A stretch of DNA of 64,000 bases from Cytophagaceae bacterium (lineage in GTDB: Bacteria > Bacteroidota > Bacteroidia > Cytophagales > Cytophagaceae), in the NCBI GenBank assembly GCA_021151805.1, contig JAGKWN010000001.1, positions 10,746-74,745 of the forward strand. Reading direction: 5' to 3'. The notes under the pieces were generated by a model that worked only from the letters and a program-made list of their open reading frames with translations, searched no databases and was not told where the DNA came from. Below are positions 7,881 through 17,923 of this stretch, in pieces. A program made the translations under genes and the position numbers. The stretch's first letter is position 1. Every line of letters starts with the position of its first letter.

Positions 7881-8264
7881 CTATACAACTGGTTTTAGTG
7901 TTGTAATGATTCCAAAATATGTAATTGGAATTATTAAAAATAAGAATACTTGTAGACGAATTTTACTTTTCGATATTTTTAGATATAAGAGCTCTCTATA
8001 TATTTCACGTTCATACCTATCGGATAATAAAATTATAGTAGCAGCGATGGGAATAGCTATTGGTATCACCAGATATAGTATTACCATGGCTATTTTATTA
8101 TCGAAAATTGTTAATGCTTGTAATTTAAATACCCATAAAAATAGATGAATGAGCATGAAATAATAGGGAAAGAGCCACACAATAACAATACCAGATGCTT
8201 TATGCGCTGCGCCAATACTTTCAATAATATAGCGTAAATAGAATAAAAATTTTATTAGTCTCAT
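7881..8264 (-). CDS. hypothetical small integral membrane protein in a low-GC cassette
   Basis: 127 aa with about 4 hydrophobic segments (IVIVWLFPYYFMLIHLFLWVF, MVILYLVIPIAIPIAATIILL, VFLFLIIPITYFGIITT). Local G+C is about 20-27% by hand count of two 60-nt lines. No family recognised. Confidence 0.45.
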   Translation of the reverse strand: MRLIKFLFYLRYIIESIGAAHKASGIVIVWLFPYYFMLIHLFLWVFKLQALTIFDNKIAMVILYLVIPIAIPIAATIILLSDRYEREIYRELLYLKISKSKIRLQVFLFLIIPITYFGIITTLKPVV

Positions 8265-8423
8265 TTTTTAATTTAAGATTAAAACAGGAAAGCTTTCTGA
8301 GGCTATAATATTCTGGCATTTATCCCTATCATTCTGTAATCTTTAACTACATTCTCTCGTCTAGCAACTAGTAACTGGTACCTGGCAACTATTCATACAC
8401 GTAGTCTGCGGTGGCGGTGACTA

Positions 8424-8509
8424 CATTTCATTATCTCAACACGTTGTACTTCGTACTCAATACTCTGTACTTCCTAGTCTAGGAACTAGAACCTAGCACC
8501 TCGTAACTA
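8424..8509. repeat. 86-bp direct repeat, copy B
   Basis: catttcattatctcaacacgttgtacttcgtactcaatactctgtacttcctagtctaggaactagaacctagcacctcgtaacta. It overlaps the stop codon of the crotonase gene. Confidence 0.85.
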
Positions 8510-9262
8510 ACGTCTACTCTTAAAAAACTCCTCAATCTTCACCTTCAGCATACCGCCTTTAACAGCCTGGGCTTGTTCCTGAGCCTCCTTTTTCAAAACC
8601 TCTTCAAAAGAAAGACTGCCGGAGAGGAGAGACTTCAATGATGCGCCGGCTCCGGGCTGCAGCTGGTTCAATGATTTCAGATAAGAATGTACAAAATCAG
8701 TCATGGCTGACTGGTCAACAAATTTTTTCTGCACCAGTTTATGCGTCAGCGCTTCTTCAGCCGTTAGTTTTTTTCCTTCCAACAACCACTCAAAAGCAGT
8801 GTGATAACCAACACGCTGTTTCAGGTAATAGCTCATGCCCGTATCCGGTTGCAGGCCCAGGCTTATAAAAGGAAACGCCAATGATCCTTGTTCCGAAGCA
8901 AAGATCAGATCACATGCCAATACCAGAGATGCACCGGCGCCGCTGGCTGCTCCGTGCAGTAAGCAAATAACCGGTTTGCGACAAGTATGTATAGCGCGTG
9001 TTAAGCGGTTGAAATAATTTTCTACAATCTCAACTACTGTTTCGCTGTTGATGGTTAGAGCCCATTGCAGATCCAATCCGGCACAGAAACCTTTGCCTTC
9101 CGCTTTAAAGATTACATAGTCTGTTTCTTTGTTCGCGTCAGCATCTTCAAATGCTTTTATCAGAGCTTCAATCAGGTCTATCGTGAGTGCATTATATACT
9201 TCCGGCCGGTTCATTGAAATGAAAACGGCTTTGTCTTTTATTTCTGTTTGAACAAGATTCAT
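8507..9262 (-). CDS. enoyl-CoA hydratase/isomerase (crotonase) family protein
   Basis: 251 aa. GKGFCAGLDL oxyanion-hole motif and GAASGAGASL second motif. Confidence 0.85.
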   Translation of the reverse strand: MNLVQTEIKDKAVFISMNRPEVYNALTIDLIEALIKAFEDADANKETDYVIFKAEGKGFCAGLDLQWALTINSETVVEIVENYFNRLTRAIHTCRKPVICLLHGAASGAGASLVLACDLIFASEQGSLAFPFISLGLQPDTGMSYYLKQRVGYHTAFEWLLEGKKLTAEEALTHKLVQKKFVDQSAMTDFVHSYLKSLNQLQPGAGASLKSLLSGSLSFEEVLKKEAQEQAQAVKGGMLKVKIEEFFKSRR

Positions 9263-9265
9263 AGC

Positions 9266-9955
9266 TTACAGTTTGAATGAAAAATCGAAAAGATTGAAAA
9301 CTAAAAAATACAAACCAATGCTGCTGATCAGTATTCCCAACGCATAACCCGCATATACCTGTCCGGGCGTATGTCCATTGAGATATAAACGGCTTGATAA
9401 AGTAATACCACTGATCAATAGGGTTGCTATGATCACATAGATAAAATCCGGATTAGGAATAATCGTATACATCAATATAAAGATCATTAAACTTGCACCC
9501 AATGAAATCGCGTGCGCGCTGATTTTCCAGAAAATGCTGATCAATGCAGTCATTAATACAGCTATGCTCACAATCATCATCAGACATGTTAGCAGTAAAG
9601 GAAAATGAGGTATATAGGTAGAAAACATATACGTGAGTGCACAGTAATATATTCCAGCGTAAAAGAACGGTACAATCCGGTCTTTGTTAGAATCCATCAG
9701 TAATTCACGATTGCCGATTTTTTTACCCATCAGCAGCAGATTTATTCCCAGCACGATCAATGGAATAATGGCAGTAGTTATAAGGATCATCCCTACAATA
9801 TATAACTGAGCAAGAATCGAGTATGGATTGAAGACCATGTTCCCGCAATAGTAAAAGACAGTAAAAATATAGGTAGGTATAAATACTGGGTGTAACAGAT
9901 AGGAAACAATAAGCGCGAAATAATACCAGCTGTTTTTTTGAGTAGGGTGCGTCAT
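9266..9955 (-). CDS. PAP2-like membrane phosphatase family protein
   Basis: 229 aa, polytopic. KISAHAIS (SxH) and SSRLYLNGHTPGQV (SRxxxxxH) resemble PAP2 motifs 2 and 3. Confidence 0.55.
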   Translation of the reverse strand: MTHPTQKNSWYYFALIVSYLLHPVFIPTYIFTVFYYCGNMVFNPYSILAQLYIVGMILITTAIIPLIVLGINLLLMGKKIGNRELLMDSNKDRIVPFFYAGIYYCALTYMFSTYIPHFPLLLTCLMMIVSIAVLMTALISIFWKISAHAISLGASLMIFILMYTIIPNPDFIYVIIATLLISGITLSSRLYLNGHTPGQVYAGYALGILISSIGLYFLVFNLFDFSFKL

Positions 9956-9958
9956 AAA

Positions 9959-11413
9959 TTATAATTCCTTTCTTAATCTGGCAACCGGAATATTTAATTG
10001 TTCGCGGTATTTGGCAACGGTTCTTCTGGCAATGTTATAGCCTCTCTTATTTAATTCTTTCTCCAGCTTTTCATCAGAGAGTGGTTTTTTCTTTTGCTCA
10101 GCATCAATAATTTCTTTCAGGATATGCTTTACTTCGCGGCTGCTGGCATCTTCACCAGAGTCAGTAGAAATACCTTCCGAGAAGAAATATTTTAACGGAT
10201 AAATACCAAACTCTGTTTGAATGGCTTTGCTGTTCGCTACACGGGAGATGGTTGAAATATCCATGTTGACCATGTCTGCAATATCTTTCAGGATCATGGG
10301 TTTCAGATAACTTTCATCTCCTTCAAAGAAGAACTCTTTCTGGAACTCTAAAATAGCATGCATTGTGCGAAGCAAAGTTTGTTGGCGTTGTTTGATGGCT
10401 TCAATAAACCATTTTGCCGCATCCAGTTTTTGCTTTACAAACGTAACCGCCTCTTTTAACTTCTTATCAGTTTTCGCGCTTTTATCATACGTTTCAAACA
10501 TCTCCGAATAATTGCGGCTTACGCGTAGATCAGGCGCATTTTTAGAATTCAAGAATAACTCCAGCTGACCGTTGTTCGTCTGCAGAATAAAGTCTGGCAT
10601 CAAGTATTGTGTTTTGATATCGTCACCTGAAGTACCACCTGGTTTGGGATTCAGTTTCGTTATTGTATTTACAGCAGCTTTGATCGATTCATCATCAACA
10701 TCTAATTTCTTCTGAATTTTGTCGTAATGCTTTTTTGTGAAGTCGTCAAAAAAATCTTTTAAGATGGTATGTGCCAAAAGTACTTCCGGCTCGCCAATAT
10801 GTCTGCGCTCTATTTGCAGCAGCAGGCATTCCTGCAGGTCGCGAGCACCTATACCTGCGGGATCAAAGTCCTGGATCTTGAAAAGTACTTCTTCTATTTC
10901 TTCAACGTTCGTTTCAATGTTTTGAGAAAAGGCAAGGTCATCTACGATCAGGTCAAGATTTCTACGGATATAACCATCTTCATCAATGCTGCCGATCAAC
11001 TGTTCTGCAATTTTCGTTTGGCGTTCATCCAGGCGCAGGAAGCCCATTTGATTCAACAGCATCTCTGTTAATGAAGTCGTGCCTGCAATAGGGGATTCGC
11101 GTTCATCATCATCCTGCGAAGGCCCATCACCTTGCATCTTATAGCCTGCTACATCTTCATCACGGATATATTCCTGCACGTCCAATTCGTCATCGGAGTA
11201 TTCGTCCTCTCCAGAGTCAGAGTATTCATCTTCACCGGATTCTTTATCTTCAAGGGGTTCTTCTTTCCCTTCTTCCAGGGCCGGATTTATTTCAAGCTCT
11301 TCTTCAATTCGAGATTCTAATTCTGCTGCAGGTATTTGCAGGAGTTTTATAAACTGAATCTGCTGAGGAGATAGTTTTTGAGATAACTGCTGCTGAATAC
11401 TTAATTTTTGCAT
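9959..11413 (-). CDS. rpoN: RNA polymerase sigma-54 factor
   Basis: 484 aa. Gln-rich N-terminus, acidic linker, and the C-terminal RpoN box ARRTVAKYRE. Confidence 0.95.
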   Translation of the reverse strand: MQKLSIQQQLSQKLSPQQIQFIKLLQIPAAELESRIEEELEINPALEEGKEEPLEDKESGEDEYSDSGEDEYSDDELDVQEYIRDEDVAGYKMQGDGPSQDDDERESPIAGTTSLTEMLLNQMGFLRLDERQTKIAEQLIGSIDEDGYIRRNLDLIVDDLAFSQNIETNVEEIEEVLFKIQDFDPAGIGARDLQECLLLQIERRHIGEPEVLLAHTILKDFFDDFTKKHYDKIQKKLDVDDESIKAAVNTITKLNPKPGGTSGDDIKTQYLMPDFILQTNNGQLELFLNSKNAPDLRVSRNYSEMFETYDKSAKTDKKLKEAVTFVKQKLDAAKWFIEAIKQRQQTLLRTMHAILEFQKEFFFEGDESYLKPMILKDIADMVNMDISTISRVANSKAIQTEFGIYPLKYFFSEGISTDSGEDASSREVKHILKEIIDAEQKKKPLSDEKLEKELNKRGYNIARRTVAKYREQLNIPVARLRKEL

Positions 11414-11509
11414 AAAATCTTAAAATGGTCACTAAGCAAAACGTGCTTGTAAACAAAAATAGAGCATTTTTGAAATTCTTTTTGATTAAAAAGATAAAAT
11501 ATACTTTTT

Positions 11510-12934
11510 TTGCGCTCTCTTACTGTAAACGCATACAACGTGAAAAGGATAAAAATTAAAGAATTACTGAGTAATTCAGACCGGTACATAGATCAACAGG
11601 TTGTGCTAAAAGGCTGGGTTAGAACGAAACGCGGAAATAAACACGTTGCTTTTGTTGCCTTAAATGATGGTTCAACCATTAATACCATACAAATAGTGCT
11701 CGATATCGCTAAATTCAGCGAAGAGCAATTAAAGGATGTTGCTACCGGCGCATGTATTTCCGTTTCCGGAAAGCTGGTACGCTCGCAGGGAGCCGGACAA
11801 TCGGTGGAAGTGCAGGGCGATACGCTGGAGGTGATCGGTATTGCCGATCCGGAAACATATCCGCTACAGAAAAAAGGACACTCACTGGAGTTTTTGAGAG
11901 AAATCGCGCACTTAAGACCGCGGACAAATACATTCAGCTGTGTATTGCGCCTCCGTCATGCGATGGCTTTTGCCGTGCACAAATTCTTTAATGAAAAAGG
12001 CTTTGTATACGTGCATACACCAATCATTACCGGTTCGGATGCGGAAGGAGCAGGAGCTATGTTCCAGGTAACGACACTGGATTTAAAAAATCCTGCCAAA
12101 ACTAAAGAAGGCGAAGTTGATTATACCAAAGACTTCTTTGGCAAAGCAACCAACCTGACAGTCTCAGGACAGCTGGAAGGTGAGTTGGCTGCAATGGCAT
12201 TAGGCGAAGTATATACCTTCGGGCCAACGTTCCGTGCGGAAAATTCAAACACTACCCGTCACCTGGCAGAATTCTGGATGATCGAGCCGGAAATGGCTTT
12301 CTATGAAATTCAGGACAACATGGATCTTGCGGAAGAATTCCTGAAGTATCTTGTGAAATATGCATTGGATAACTGCATCGACGACCTCAACTTTCTGAAC
12401 GAAATGTACGACAAGGAACTGGTTGAGCGCTTAAAAAGCGTTACCGAAACACCTTTTGTACGCCTGAACTATACGGAAGCAGTAGAAATTTTAATAGCGA
12501 CCAAGCAGAAATTCGAATATAAGGTTGAATGGGGCATTGACCTTCAATCTGAGCATGAGCGTTATCTGGTTGAAAAACACTTCAAAAAGCCCGTTATTTT
12601 AACAAACTATCCGAAAGCGATCAAGGCTTTCTACATGAAAGCGAACGAAGACGGAAAAACAGTCCGTGCAATGGATGTTTTGTTCCCGGGTATCGGAGAA
12701 ATTATTGGCGGTTCTCAGCGTGAGGATAATCTGGAAAAATTACAGGAGCGTTGCAGAGAAGTAGGTATCCATGAAAAAGATATCTGGTGGTACCTGGAAA
12801 CACGTAAATTTGGTTCCGCTCCACATAGTGGTTTTGGGCTTGGATTTGAGCGTTTAATGCTTTTTGTTACAGGAATGGGTAATATTCGCGATGTTATTCC
12901 ATTTCCGCGTACACCACAAAGTGCTGAATTTTAA
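11510..12934 (+). CDS. asnS: asparagine--tRNA ligase
   Basis: Class IIb motifs [21 protein letters not shown] and GFGLGFERL. The track start at 11510 is TTG. GTG at 11540 ([10 protein letters not shown]) is an equally plausible start. Confidence 0.93.
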   Translation: MRSLTVNAYNVKRIKIKELLSNSDRYIDQQVVLKGWVRTKRGNKHVAFVALNDGSTINTIQIVLDIAKFSEEQLKDVATGACISVSGKLVRSQGAGQSVEVQGDTLEVIGIADPETYPLQKKGHSLEFLREIAHLRPRTNTFSCVLRLRHAMAFAVHKFFNEKGFVYVHTPIITGSDAEGAGAMFQVTTLDLKNPAKTKEGEVDYTKDFFGKATNLTVSGQLEGELAAMALGEVYTFGPTFRAENSNTTRHLAEFWMIEPEMAFYEIQDNMDLAEEFLKYLVKYALDNCIDDLNFLNEMYDKELVERLKSVTETPFVRLNYTEAVEILIATKQKFEYKVEWGIDLQSEHERYLVEKHFKKPVILTNYPKAIKAFYMKANEDGKTVRAMDVLFPGIGEIIGGSQREDNLEKLQERCREVGIHEKDIWWYLETRKFGSAPHSGFGLGFERLMLFVTGMGNIRDVIPFPRTPQSAEF

Positions 12935-12982
12935 ATCTTTTCATTTAATTGTGCAAAATTATAGATTATTTATTCCAAAAAG

Positions 12983-13013
12983 TTTGAATTAAATAAAAAA
13001 CCCTATAATTTTG
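12983..13013 (+). promoter_or_regulatory. Bacteroidota sigma-A type promoter upstream of the tRNA cluster
   Basis: TTTG at 12983-12986, a 19-nt spacer, then TAatTTTG at 13006-13013. This matches the -33 TTTG / -7 TAnnTTTG consensus described for Bacteroides. Confidence 0.55.
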
Positions 13014-13108
13014 CACTCTCTTAAAAATGGATAAAGCGCGTAAAAATGCTTTTGAGCTTCTTAAGATTGTTCTCTGAATTCTTGTAAATAGAATTTATTC
13101 TAAATAAT

Positions 13109-13194
13109 GGGGGAGTACCAAAGCGGCCAACTGGGGCAGACTGTAAATCTGCTGACTTATGTCTTCCAAGGTTCGAATCCTTGTTCCCCCACCA
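13109..13194 (+). tRNA. tRNA-Tyr (GTA)
   Basis: Acceptor gggggag/ttccccc, anticodon loop ctgtaaa, long variable arm, T-loop ggttcgaatcc, encoded CCA. Confidence 0.9.
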
Positions 13195-13274
13195 GAGACT
13201 AAACTTAAAATCCAAAATGACGTTCTGAAGCCGTTTTGAATGTTAGGATTTGTTTTTTGAGGTCTAGTCAAATT

Positions 13275-13347
13275 GCGAAAGTAGCTCAGCTGGTAGAGCG
13301 ATAGCCTTCCAAGCTATAGGTCGCGGGTTCGAACCTCGTCTTTCGCT
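13275..13347 (+). tRNA. tRNA-Gly (TCC)
   Basis: gcgaaag...ctttcgc acceptor, D-arm tagctcagctggtaga, anticodon stem-loop atagc-cttccaa-gctat, T-loop gttcgaa. Confidence 0.9.
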
Positions 13348-13365
13348 CTAAAAATTTTCTTAGTG

Positions 13366-13438
13366 GCCGATGTAGCTCAGCTGGTAGAGTACTTCCATGG
13401 TAAGGAAGGGGTCACGGGTTCGAGCCCCGTCATTGGCT
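13366..13438 (+). tRNA. tRNA-Thr (GGT)
   Basis: gccgatg...cattggc acceptor, anticodon stem-loop cttcc-atggtaa-ggaag, T-loop gttcgag. Confidence 0.9.
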
Positions 13439-13505
13439 CTTAAAAGAAAATAATTAACTAATATCTTTACGTATACTATACATCTTAAATTGAGGATTTT
13501 CAAAT

Positions 13506-14693
13506 ATGGCAAAAGAAAATTTTGACCGTTCAAAACCACACGTTAACGTTGGTACAATTGGCCACGTCGATCACGGTAAAACAACTTTGACAGCAGCAAT
13601 CACAAAAGTATTGTCTGAAAAAGGTTTAGCTGAAAAGAGAGATTTCTCTCAAATCGATAACGCTCCGGAAGAAAAAGAAAGAGGTATTACAATCAATACT
13701 TCTCACGTTGAGTACGCTACTGCAACTCGTCACTATGCACACGTTGACTGTCCAGGTCACGCGGATTACGTGAAAAACATGGTTACAGGTGCTGCTCAGA
13801 TGGATGGTGCTATCCTTGTAGTTGCTGCTACAGATGGTCCAATGCCACAAACTCGTGAGCACATCCTTCTTGCTCGTCAGGTAGGTGTTCCTGCAATGGT
13901 TGTATTCATGAACAAAGTAGATTTGGTTGATGATCCTGAATTGTTGGAATTAGTTGAAATGGAAATCCGTGAGTTGTTGTCATTCTACAACTTCCCTGGA
14001 GATACAATGAGCATCATCAAAGGTTCTGCTTTAGGTGGTCTTAACGCTGATCCTAAATGGGTTGCTACTATCGAAGAATTGATGGATGCAGTAGATAACG
14101 ATATTCCAATTCCTCCACGTTTGACTGATCAGCCTTTCTTGATGCCAGTTGAAGACGTATTCTCTATCACAGGTCGTGGTACAGTTGCTACTGGTAGAAT
14201 TGAAAGAGGTGTTATCAACTCTGGTGAAGCAGTTGACATCATCGGTTTCGGTGCTGAAAACTTGAAATCTACAGTTACTGGTGTTGAAATGTTCCGTAAG
14301 ATCTTGGATCGTGGAGAAGCTGGTGATAACGTAGGTCTTCTTCTACGTGGTATTGAAAAAGAATCTATCAAGCGTGGTATGGTAATCTGCAAGCCAGGTT
14401 CTGTTAAGCCTCACTCTGAATTCAAAGGTGAAATCTACGTTCTTTCTAAAGAAGAAGGTGGTCGTCACACTCCATTCTTTAACAAATACCGTCCACAGTT
14501 CTACATGAGAACGACAGACGTTACAGGTGAAATCGAACTTCCTGCTGGAACTGAGATGGTTATGCCTGGTGATAACATCACAATTACAGTTAAATTGATC
14601 GCTCCAATTGCTTTGGAAAAAGGTTTACGTTTCGCTATCCGTGAAGGTGGTAGAACAGTAGGTGCTGGTCAGGTTACTGAAATCTTGAAATAA
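13506..14693 (+). CDS. tuf: elongation factor Tu
   Basis: 395 aa. [18 protein letters not shown] and NKVD GTPase motifs. Confidence 0.98.
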   Translation: MAKENFDRSKPHVNVGTIGHVDHGKTTLTAAITKVLSEKGLAEKRDFSQIDNAPEEKERGITINTSHVEYATATRHYAHVDCPGHADYVKNMVTGAAQMDGAILVVAATDGPMPQTREHILLARQVGVPAMVVFMNKVDLVDDPELLELVEMEIRELLSFYNFPGDTMSIIKGSALGGLNADPKWVATIEELMDAVDNDIPIPPRLTDQPFLMPVEDVFSITGRGTVATGRIERGVINSGEAVDIIGFGAENLKSTVTGVEMFRKILDRGEAGDNVGLLLRGIEKESIKRGMVICKPGSVKPHSEFKGEIYVLSKEEGGRHTPFFNKYRPQFYMRTTDVTGEIELPAGTEMVMPGDNITITVKLIAPIALEKGLRFAIREGGRTVGAGQVTEILK

Positions 14694-14709
14694 TTATCCT
14701 ACTTAAACA

Positions 14710-14750
14710 AAGTGCGTTTTTGAATTTTTCAGAAACGCACTTGTTTTTTT
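14710..14750 (+). terminator. rho-independent terminator after tuf
   Basis: aagtgcgttt / aaacgcactt 10-bp stem followed by gttttttt. Confidence 0.8.
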
Positions 14751-14763
14751 ATAGGATTGTTAA

Positions 14764-14771
14764 TATCTTTG
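14764..14771 (+). promoter_or_regulatory. -7 element TAtcTTTG upstream of tRNA-Trp/secE
   Basis: taatatctttgcaccc matches TAnnTTTG. It is followed by a gcaccccgg/ccggggtgc hairpin (14771-14799). Confidence 0.45.
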
Positions 14772-14803
14772 CACCCCGGCTTTAAAATTTCCGGGGTGCT
14801 TTT

Positions 14804-14874
14804 ACGGGTGTAGTTCAAGGGTAGAATGTCGGTCTCCAAAACCGCTGATGGGAGTTCGAATCTCTCCACCCGTG
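14804..14874 (+). tRNA. tRNA-Trp (CCA)
   Basis: Acceptor acgggtg/cacccgt, anticodon loop ctccaaa, T-loop gttcgaatc. Confidence 0.9.
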
Positions 14875-14889
14875 CACAAGAAATTGATT

Positions 14890-15072
14890 ATGAGAAAACT
14901 ATTTAGTTTTGTACAAGGTTCAATAGACGAGCTGACAACAAATGTTTCTTGGCCAAAATGGTCCGAGTTACAAAGCAGTTCGGCTTTGGTATTACTTGCA
15001 TCTATCATATTTGCAATTGTTATAGGTCTCATCGACTTCGCGTTTAAATACGTGTTACAGTCGATTTACTAA
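14890..15072 (+). CDS. secE: preprotein translocase subunit SecE
   Basis: 60 aa from ATG 14890. Single TM segment ALVLLASIIFAIVIGLIDF, in the conserved position before nusG. The track ORF start at 14848 overlaps tRNA-Trp. Confidence 0.85.
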   Translation: MRKLFSFVQGSIDELTTNVSWPKWSELQSSSALVLLASIIFAIVIGLIDFAFKYVLQSIY

Positions 15073-15095
15073 TTTTATATTCTTTCTGAAGGATC

Positions 15096-15653
15096 ATGAG
15101 CGAGTTGCATTGGTACGTAGTTAGGGCTGTTAGCGGCCAGGAAAAAAAGGTAAAATCTTACCTTGAAAACGAAATTACCAGACAAAGACTAGTGGACTAT
15201 GTACCACAAGTGCTTATTCCTGCCGAGAAGGTGTATGAAATGAGAAATGGTAAAAAGAGAGTTAGAGAAAGAAGCTTTTTCCCAGGATATGTTCTGATAC
15301 AAGCAGACTTAAGTCATGGTGAAGCTGCCCACGTGATTACCAGTATTCCTGGTGTTCTCGGCTTCCTGGGTGCTTCTGAAGGCGCTGCTTCAAAAAAACC
15401 AATTCCACTTCGTCAATCTGAGGTCAATAGAATATTGGGCACAGTTGATGATTCTCAGGTGGGAGAGGTTGTACTGGAAACTCCGTTTGTTGTAGGCGAA
15501 ACCGTAAAAGTTATGGATGGTCCTTTCAGCGGGTTTACAGGTAATGTAGAAGAAGTATTCGAAGAAAAGAAGAAGCTTAACGTTATGGTTAAAATTTTTG
15601 GCCGTAATACACCCGTTGAGCTTAATTATATACAAGTAGAAAAACTCCAGTAA
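15096..15653 (+). CDS. nusG: transcription termination/antitermination factor NusG
   Basis: 185 aa. [17 protein letters not shown] start and a C-terminal KOW region ([16 protein letters not shown]). Confidence 0.96.
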   Translation: MSELHWYVVRAVSGQEKKVKSYLENEITRQRLVDYVPQVLIPAEKVYEMRNGKKRVRERSFFPGYVLIQADLSHGEAAHVITSIPGVLGFLGASEGAASKKPIPLRQSEVNRILGTVDDSQVGEVVLETPFVVGETVKVMDGPFSGFTGNVEEVFEEKKKLNVMVKIFGRNTPVELNYIQVEKLQ

Positions 15654-15657
15654 GAAA

Positions 15658-16101
15658 ATGGCAAAGGAAATTACCGGATATGTGAAGCTACAGATCAAAG
15701 GTGGGGCTGCAAACCCTTCACCTCCAGTTGGTCCAGCTCTTGGTTCCAAGGGTTTGAACATCATGGAATTCTGTAAGCAATTCAATGCAAGAACACAGGA
15801 CAAACCTGGTGTATTGCTTCCAGTATTAATCACAGTTTACTCTGACAAGTCTTTTGACTTCGTCGTAAAAACTCCTCCTGCAGCTATTCTATTAGCGGAA
15901 GCAGCAAAAATCAAAAAAGGTTCTGCAGAACCTAACCGTGTTAAGGTTGGATCTGTGAACTGGGATCAAATCCGTACAATTGCGGAAACAAAGATGCCGG
16001 ATCTAAATGCTTTTAAAATAGAATCTGCAATGAAAATGGTAGCAGGTACTGCCCGCAGTATGGGATTAACAGTATCAGGTAAAGCACCTTGGGAGAACTA
16101 A
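15658..16101 (+). CDS. rplK: 50S ribosomal protein L11
   Basis: 147 aa. [20 protein letters not shown] signature. Confidence 0.97.
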   Translation: MAKEITGYVKLQIKGGAANPSPPVGPALGSKGLNIMEFCKQFNARTQDKPGVLLPVLITVYSDKSFDFVVKTPPAAILLAEAAKIKKGSAEPNRVKVGSVNWDQIRTIAETKMPDLNAFKIESAMKMVAGTARSMGLTVSGKAPWEN

Positions 16102-16115
16102 TTTAAATTAAAGTC

Positions 16116-16814
16116 ATGGCAAAGTTGACAAAAAAACAAAAAGACGCTCTAAGTAAATTTGATGTCAATAATTCCTACTCTCTTTCTGACGCATCAGCTT
16201 TAATTAAGGAAATCACTTATACAAAATTCGACGCTTCTGTTGATATTGATGTAAGATTAGGTGTTGATCCTAAAAAAGCAGATCAAATGGTGCGTGGTAT
16301 TGTGACGCTTCCTCACGGTACAGGTAAAGATGTTCGTGTATTGGTACTTTGTACGCCTGATAAAGTTCAGGATGCTAAAGATGCTGGTGCAGATCACGTA
16401 GGGTTAGACGACTATATCCAGAAAATCGAAGGTGGTTGGTTGGATATTGACGTAATCATCACAATGCCTACAGTTATGGCAAAAGTTGGTAAGCTAGGTA
16501 AAATACTTGGTCCACGTAACTTAATGCCTAACCCAAAAGCCGGTACTGTTACACTGGACGTGGCAAAAGCGGTGAAAGATGTTAAAGCTGGTAAAATCGA
16601 CTTCAAAGTTGATAAATTTGGTATCGTGCATACAAGTGTAGGTAAAGTTTCATTCTCTCCGGAAATGATTCTTGAAAATGCTAACGAAGTATTGCAAGTG
16701 CTTGCTAAATTAAAACCTGCTTCAGCAAAAGGTACATATGTTAGAAGCATTACGCTTTCTAGCACAATGAGCCCAGGTATAACAATTGATAAGAGCTCAG
16801 TAGCAGGTCTGTAA
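16116..16814 (+). CDS. rplA: 50S ribosomal protein L1
   Basis: 232 aa. Conserved order, and the motif [13 protein letters not shown]. Confidence 0.97.
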   Translation: MAKLTKKQKDALSKFDVNNSYSLSDASALIKEITYTKFDASVDIDVRLGVDPKKADQMVRGIVTLPHGTGKDVRVLVLCTPDKVQDAKDAGADHVGLDDYIQKIEGGWLDIDVIITMPTVMAKVGKLGKILGPRNLMPNPKAGTVTLDVAKAVKDVKAGKIDFKVDKFGIVHTSVGKVSFSPEMILENANEVLQVLAKLKPASAKGTYVRSITLSSTMSPGITIDKSSVAGL

Positions 16815-16841
16815 TTAGAGCCTGATTAAACGAGTAATCAA

Positions 16842-17348
16842 ATGACAAAAGAAGAAAAAGCAATAATCATTCAGGAGGTTGCACAGAAGATAGCAGGAGC
16901 TGCTACATTCTATATCACTGATGGTTCTGGAATGACAGTAGATCAAATTAACAAATTCAGAAAACTGTGTTTTTCTAAAGGTGTTGAATATAAAGTTGTA
17001 AAGAACTCTTTAATTAAAAAGGCTCTTCAGCAATTGAATATTGACCACTCAGCTTTAGATGGCGCTGCTCTGAAAGGTGCTTCTGGTCTAATGTTCTCTG
17101 ACACAGCAAACGTACCTGCTAAACTTTTGAAACAATTCCACAAAGGTGGCGTTGCAAAACCTGAGTTCAAAGGTGCATCTGTTTTCGCAGATTTCTATGT
17201 TGGAAAAGACAAACTTGATGCATTAGCATCAATCAAATCTAAAGAAGAACTTATCGGCGATATCATCGCTCTATTACAAGCTCCGGCTCAACGCGTTATC
17301 GGTGGTCTTACAAACGAAAGCCGCAGCATTTTCGCAGAGCAAGCTTAA
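16842..17348 (+). CDS. rplJ: 50S ribosomal protein L10
   Basis: 168 aa, positioned between rplA and rplL. Confidence 0.93.
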   Translation: MTKEEKAIIIQEVAQKIAGAATFYITDGSGMTVDQINKFRKLCFSKGVEYKVVKNSLIKKALQQLNIDHSALDGAALKGASGLMFSDTANVPAKLLKQFHKGGVAKPEFKGASVFADFYVGKDKLDALASIKSKEELIGDIIALLQAPAQRVIGGLTNESRSIFAEQA

Positions 17349-17413
17349 AAAAATTAGCTTCGGCTGATAAAACAAATACTTAAAAATTAAATTCATTAAT
17401 AATTTATAATACA

Positions 17414-17788
17414 ATGGCAGATTTAAAAGCGTTCGCTGAGCAATTGGTTAATTTAACAGTGAAAGAAGTTAATGAATTAGCTTCTATACTTAAAGATGAA
17501 TACGGCATCGAGCCAGCTGCTGCTGCGGTAGTAGTTTCTGGTGGTTCTGAAGGTGGTGCAGCTGCAGCTGAAGAGAAAACAGCATTTGATGTTATCCTTA
17601 AGAGTGCAGGTGCTTCAAAATTAGCAGTAGTTAAATTGGTAAAAGATCTTACTGGTCTTGGCTTGAAAGAAGCTAAAGATTTAGTTGACGGTGCTCCAAA
17701 ACCTTTAAAAGAAGGTGCATCTAAAGACGAAGCTGAAGCTATCAAGAAACAACTTGAAGAAGCTGGTGCTGAAGTAGAAATTAAGTAA
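17414..17788 (+). CDS. rplL: 50S ribosomal protein L7/L12
   Basis: 124 aa. Ala-rich hinge and C-terminal [22 protein letters not shown]. Confidence 0.97.
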   Translation: MADLKAFAEQLVNLTVKEVNELASILKDEYGIEPAAAAVVVSGGSEGGAAAAEEKTAFDVILKSAGASKLAVVKLVKDLTGLGLKEAKDLVDGAPKPLKEGASKDEAEAIKKQLEEAGAEVEIK

Positions 17789-17823
17789 TTACTAATTCTC
17801 TTCTGTTTATCAGATACGGCATT

Positions 17824-17852
17824 AGGCCTGACAGTTCATGTCAGGTCTTTTC
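17824..17852 (+). terminator. hairpin attenuator between rplL and rpoB
   Basis: aggcctgaca/tgtcaggtct stem, loop gttca, followed by ttttcc. An rplL-rpoB attenuator is well known in E. coli. Confidence 0.55.
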
Positions 17853-17923
17853 CTGTTTGTATACCATCAGAATAATAGTGCTGAATTTCAGTTTAATTTA
17901 TCTAACATAAACTAATTAAAGCG

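Noticed and set aside
7843-8148. 101-aa plus-strand ORF in the low-GC cassette.
   Set aside because: It overlaps the 127-aa minus-strand ORF, which has a cleaner membrane-helix pattern. The plus ORF also starts inside the hairpin repeat. The choice is still uncertain because A/T-rich DNA yields long ORFs on both strands.
13021-13215. 64-aa minus-strand ORF.
   Set aside because: It lies antisense across tRNA-Tyr and its promoter region.
14848-14889. Longer SecE ORF starting at 14848, and the minus-strand ORF 14802-15032.
   Set aside because: Both overlap tRNA-Trp (14804-14874). ATG 14890 gives a normal 60-aa SecE.
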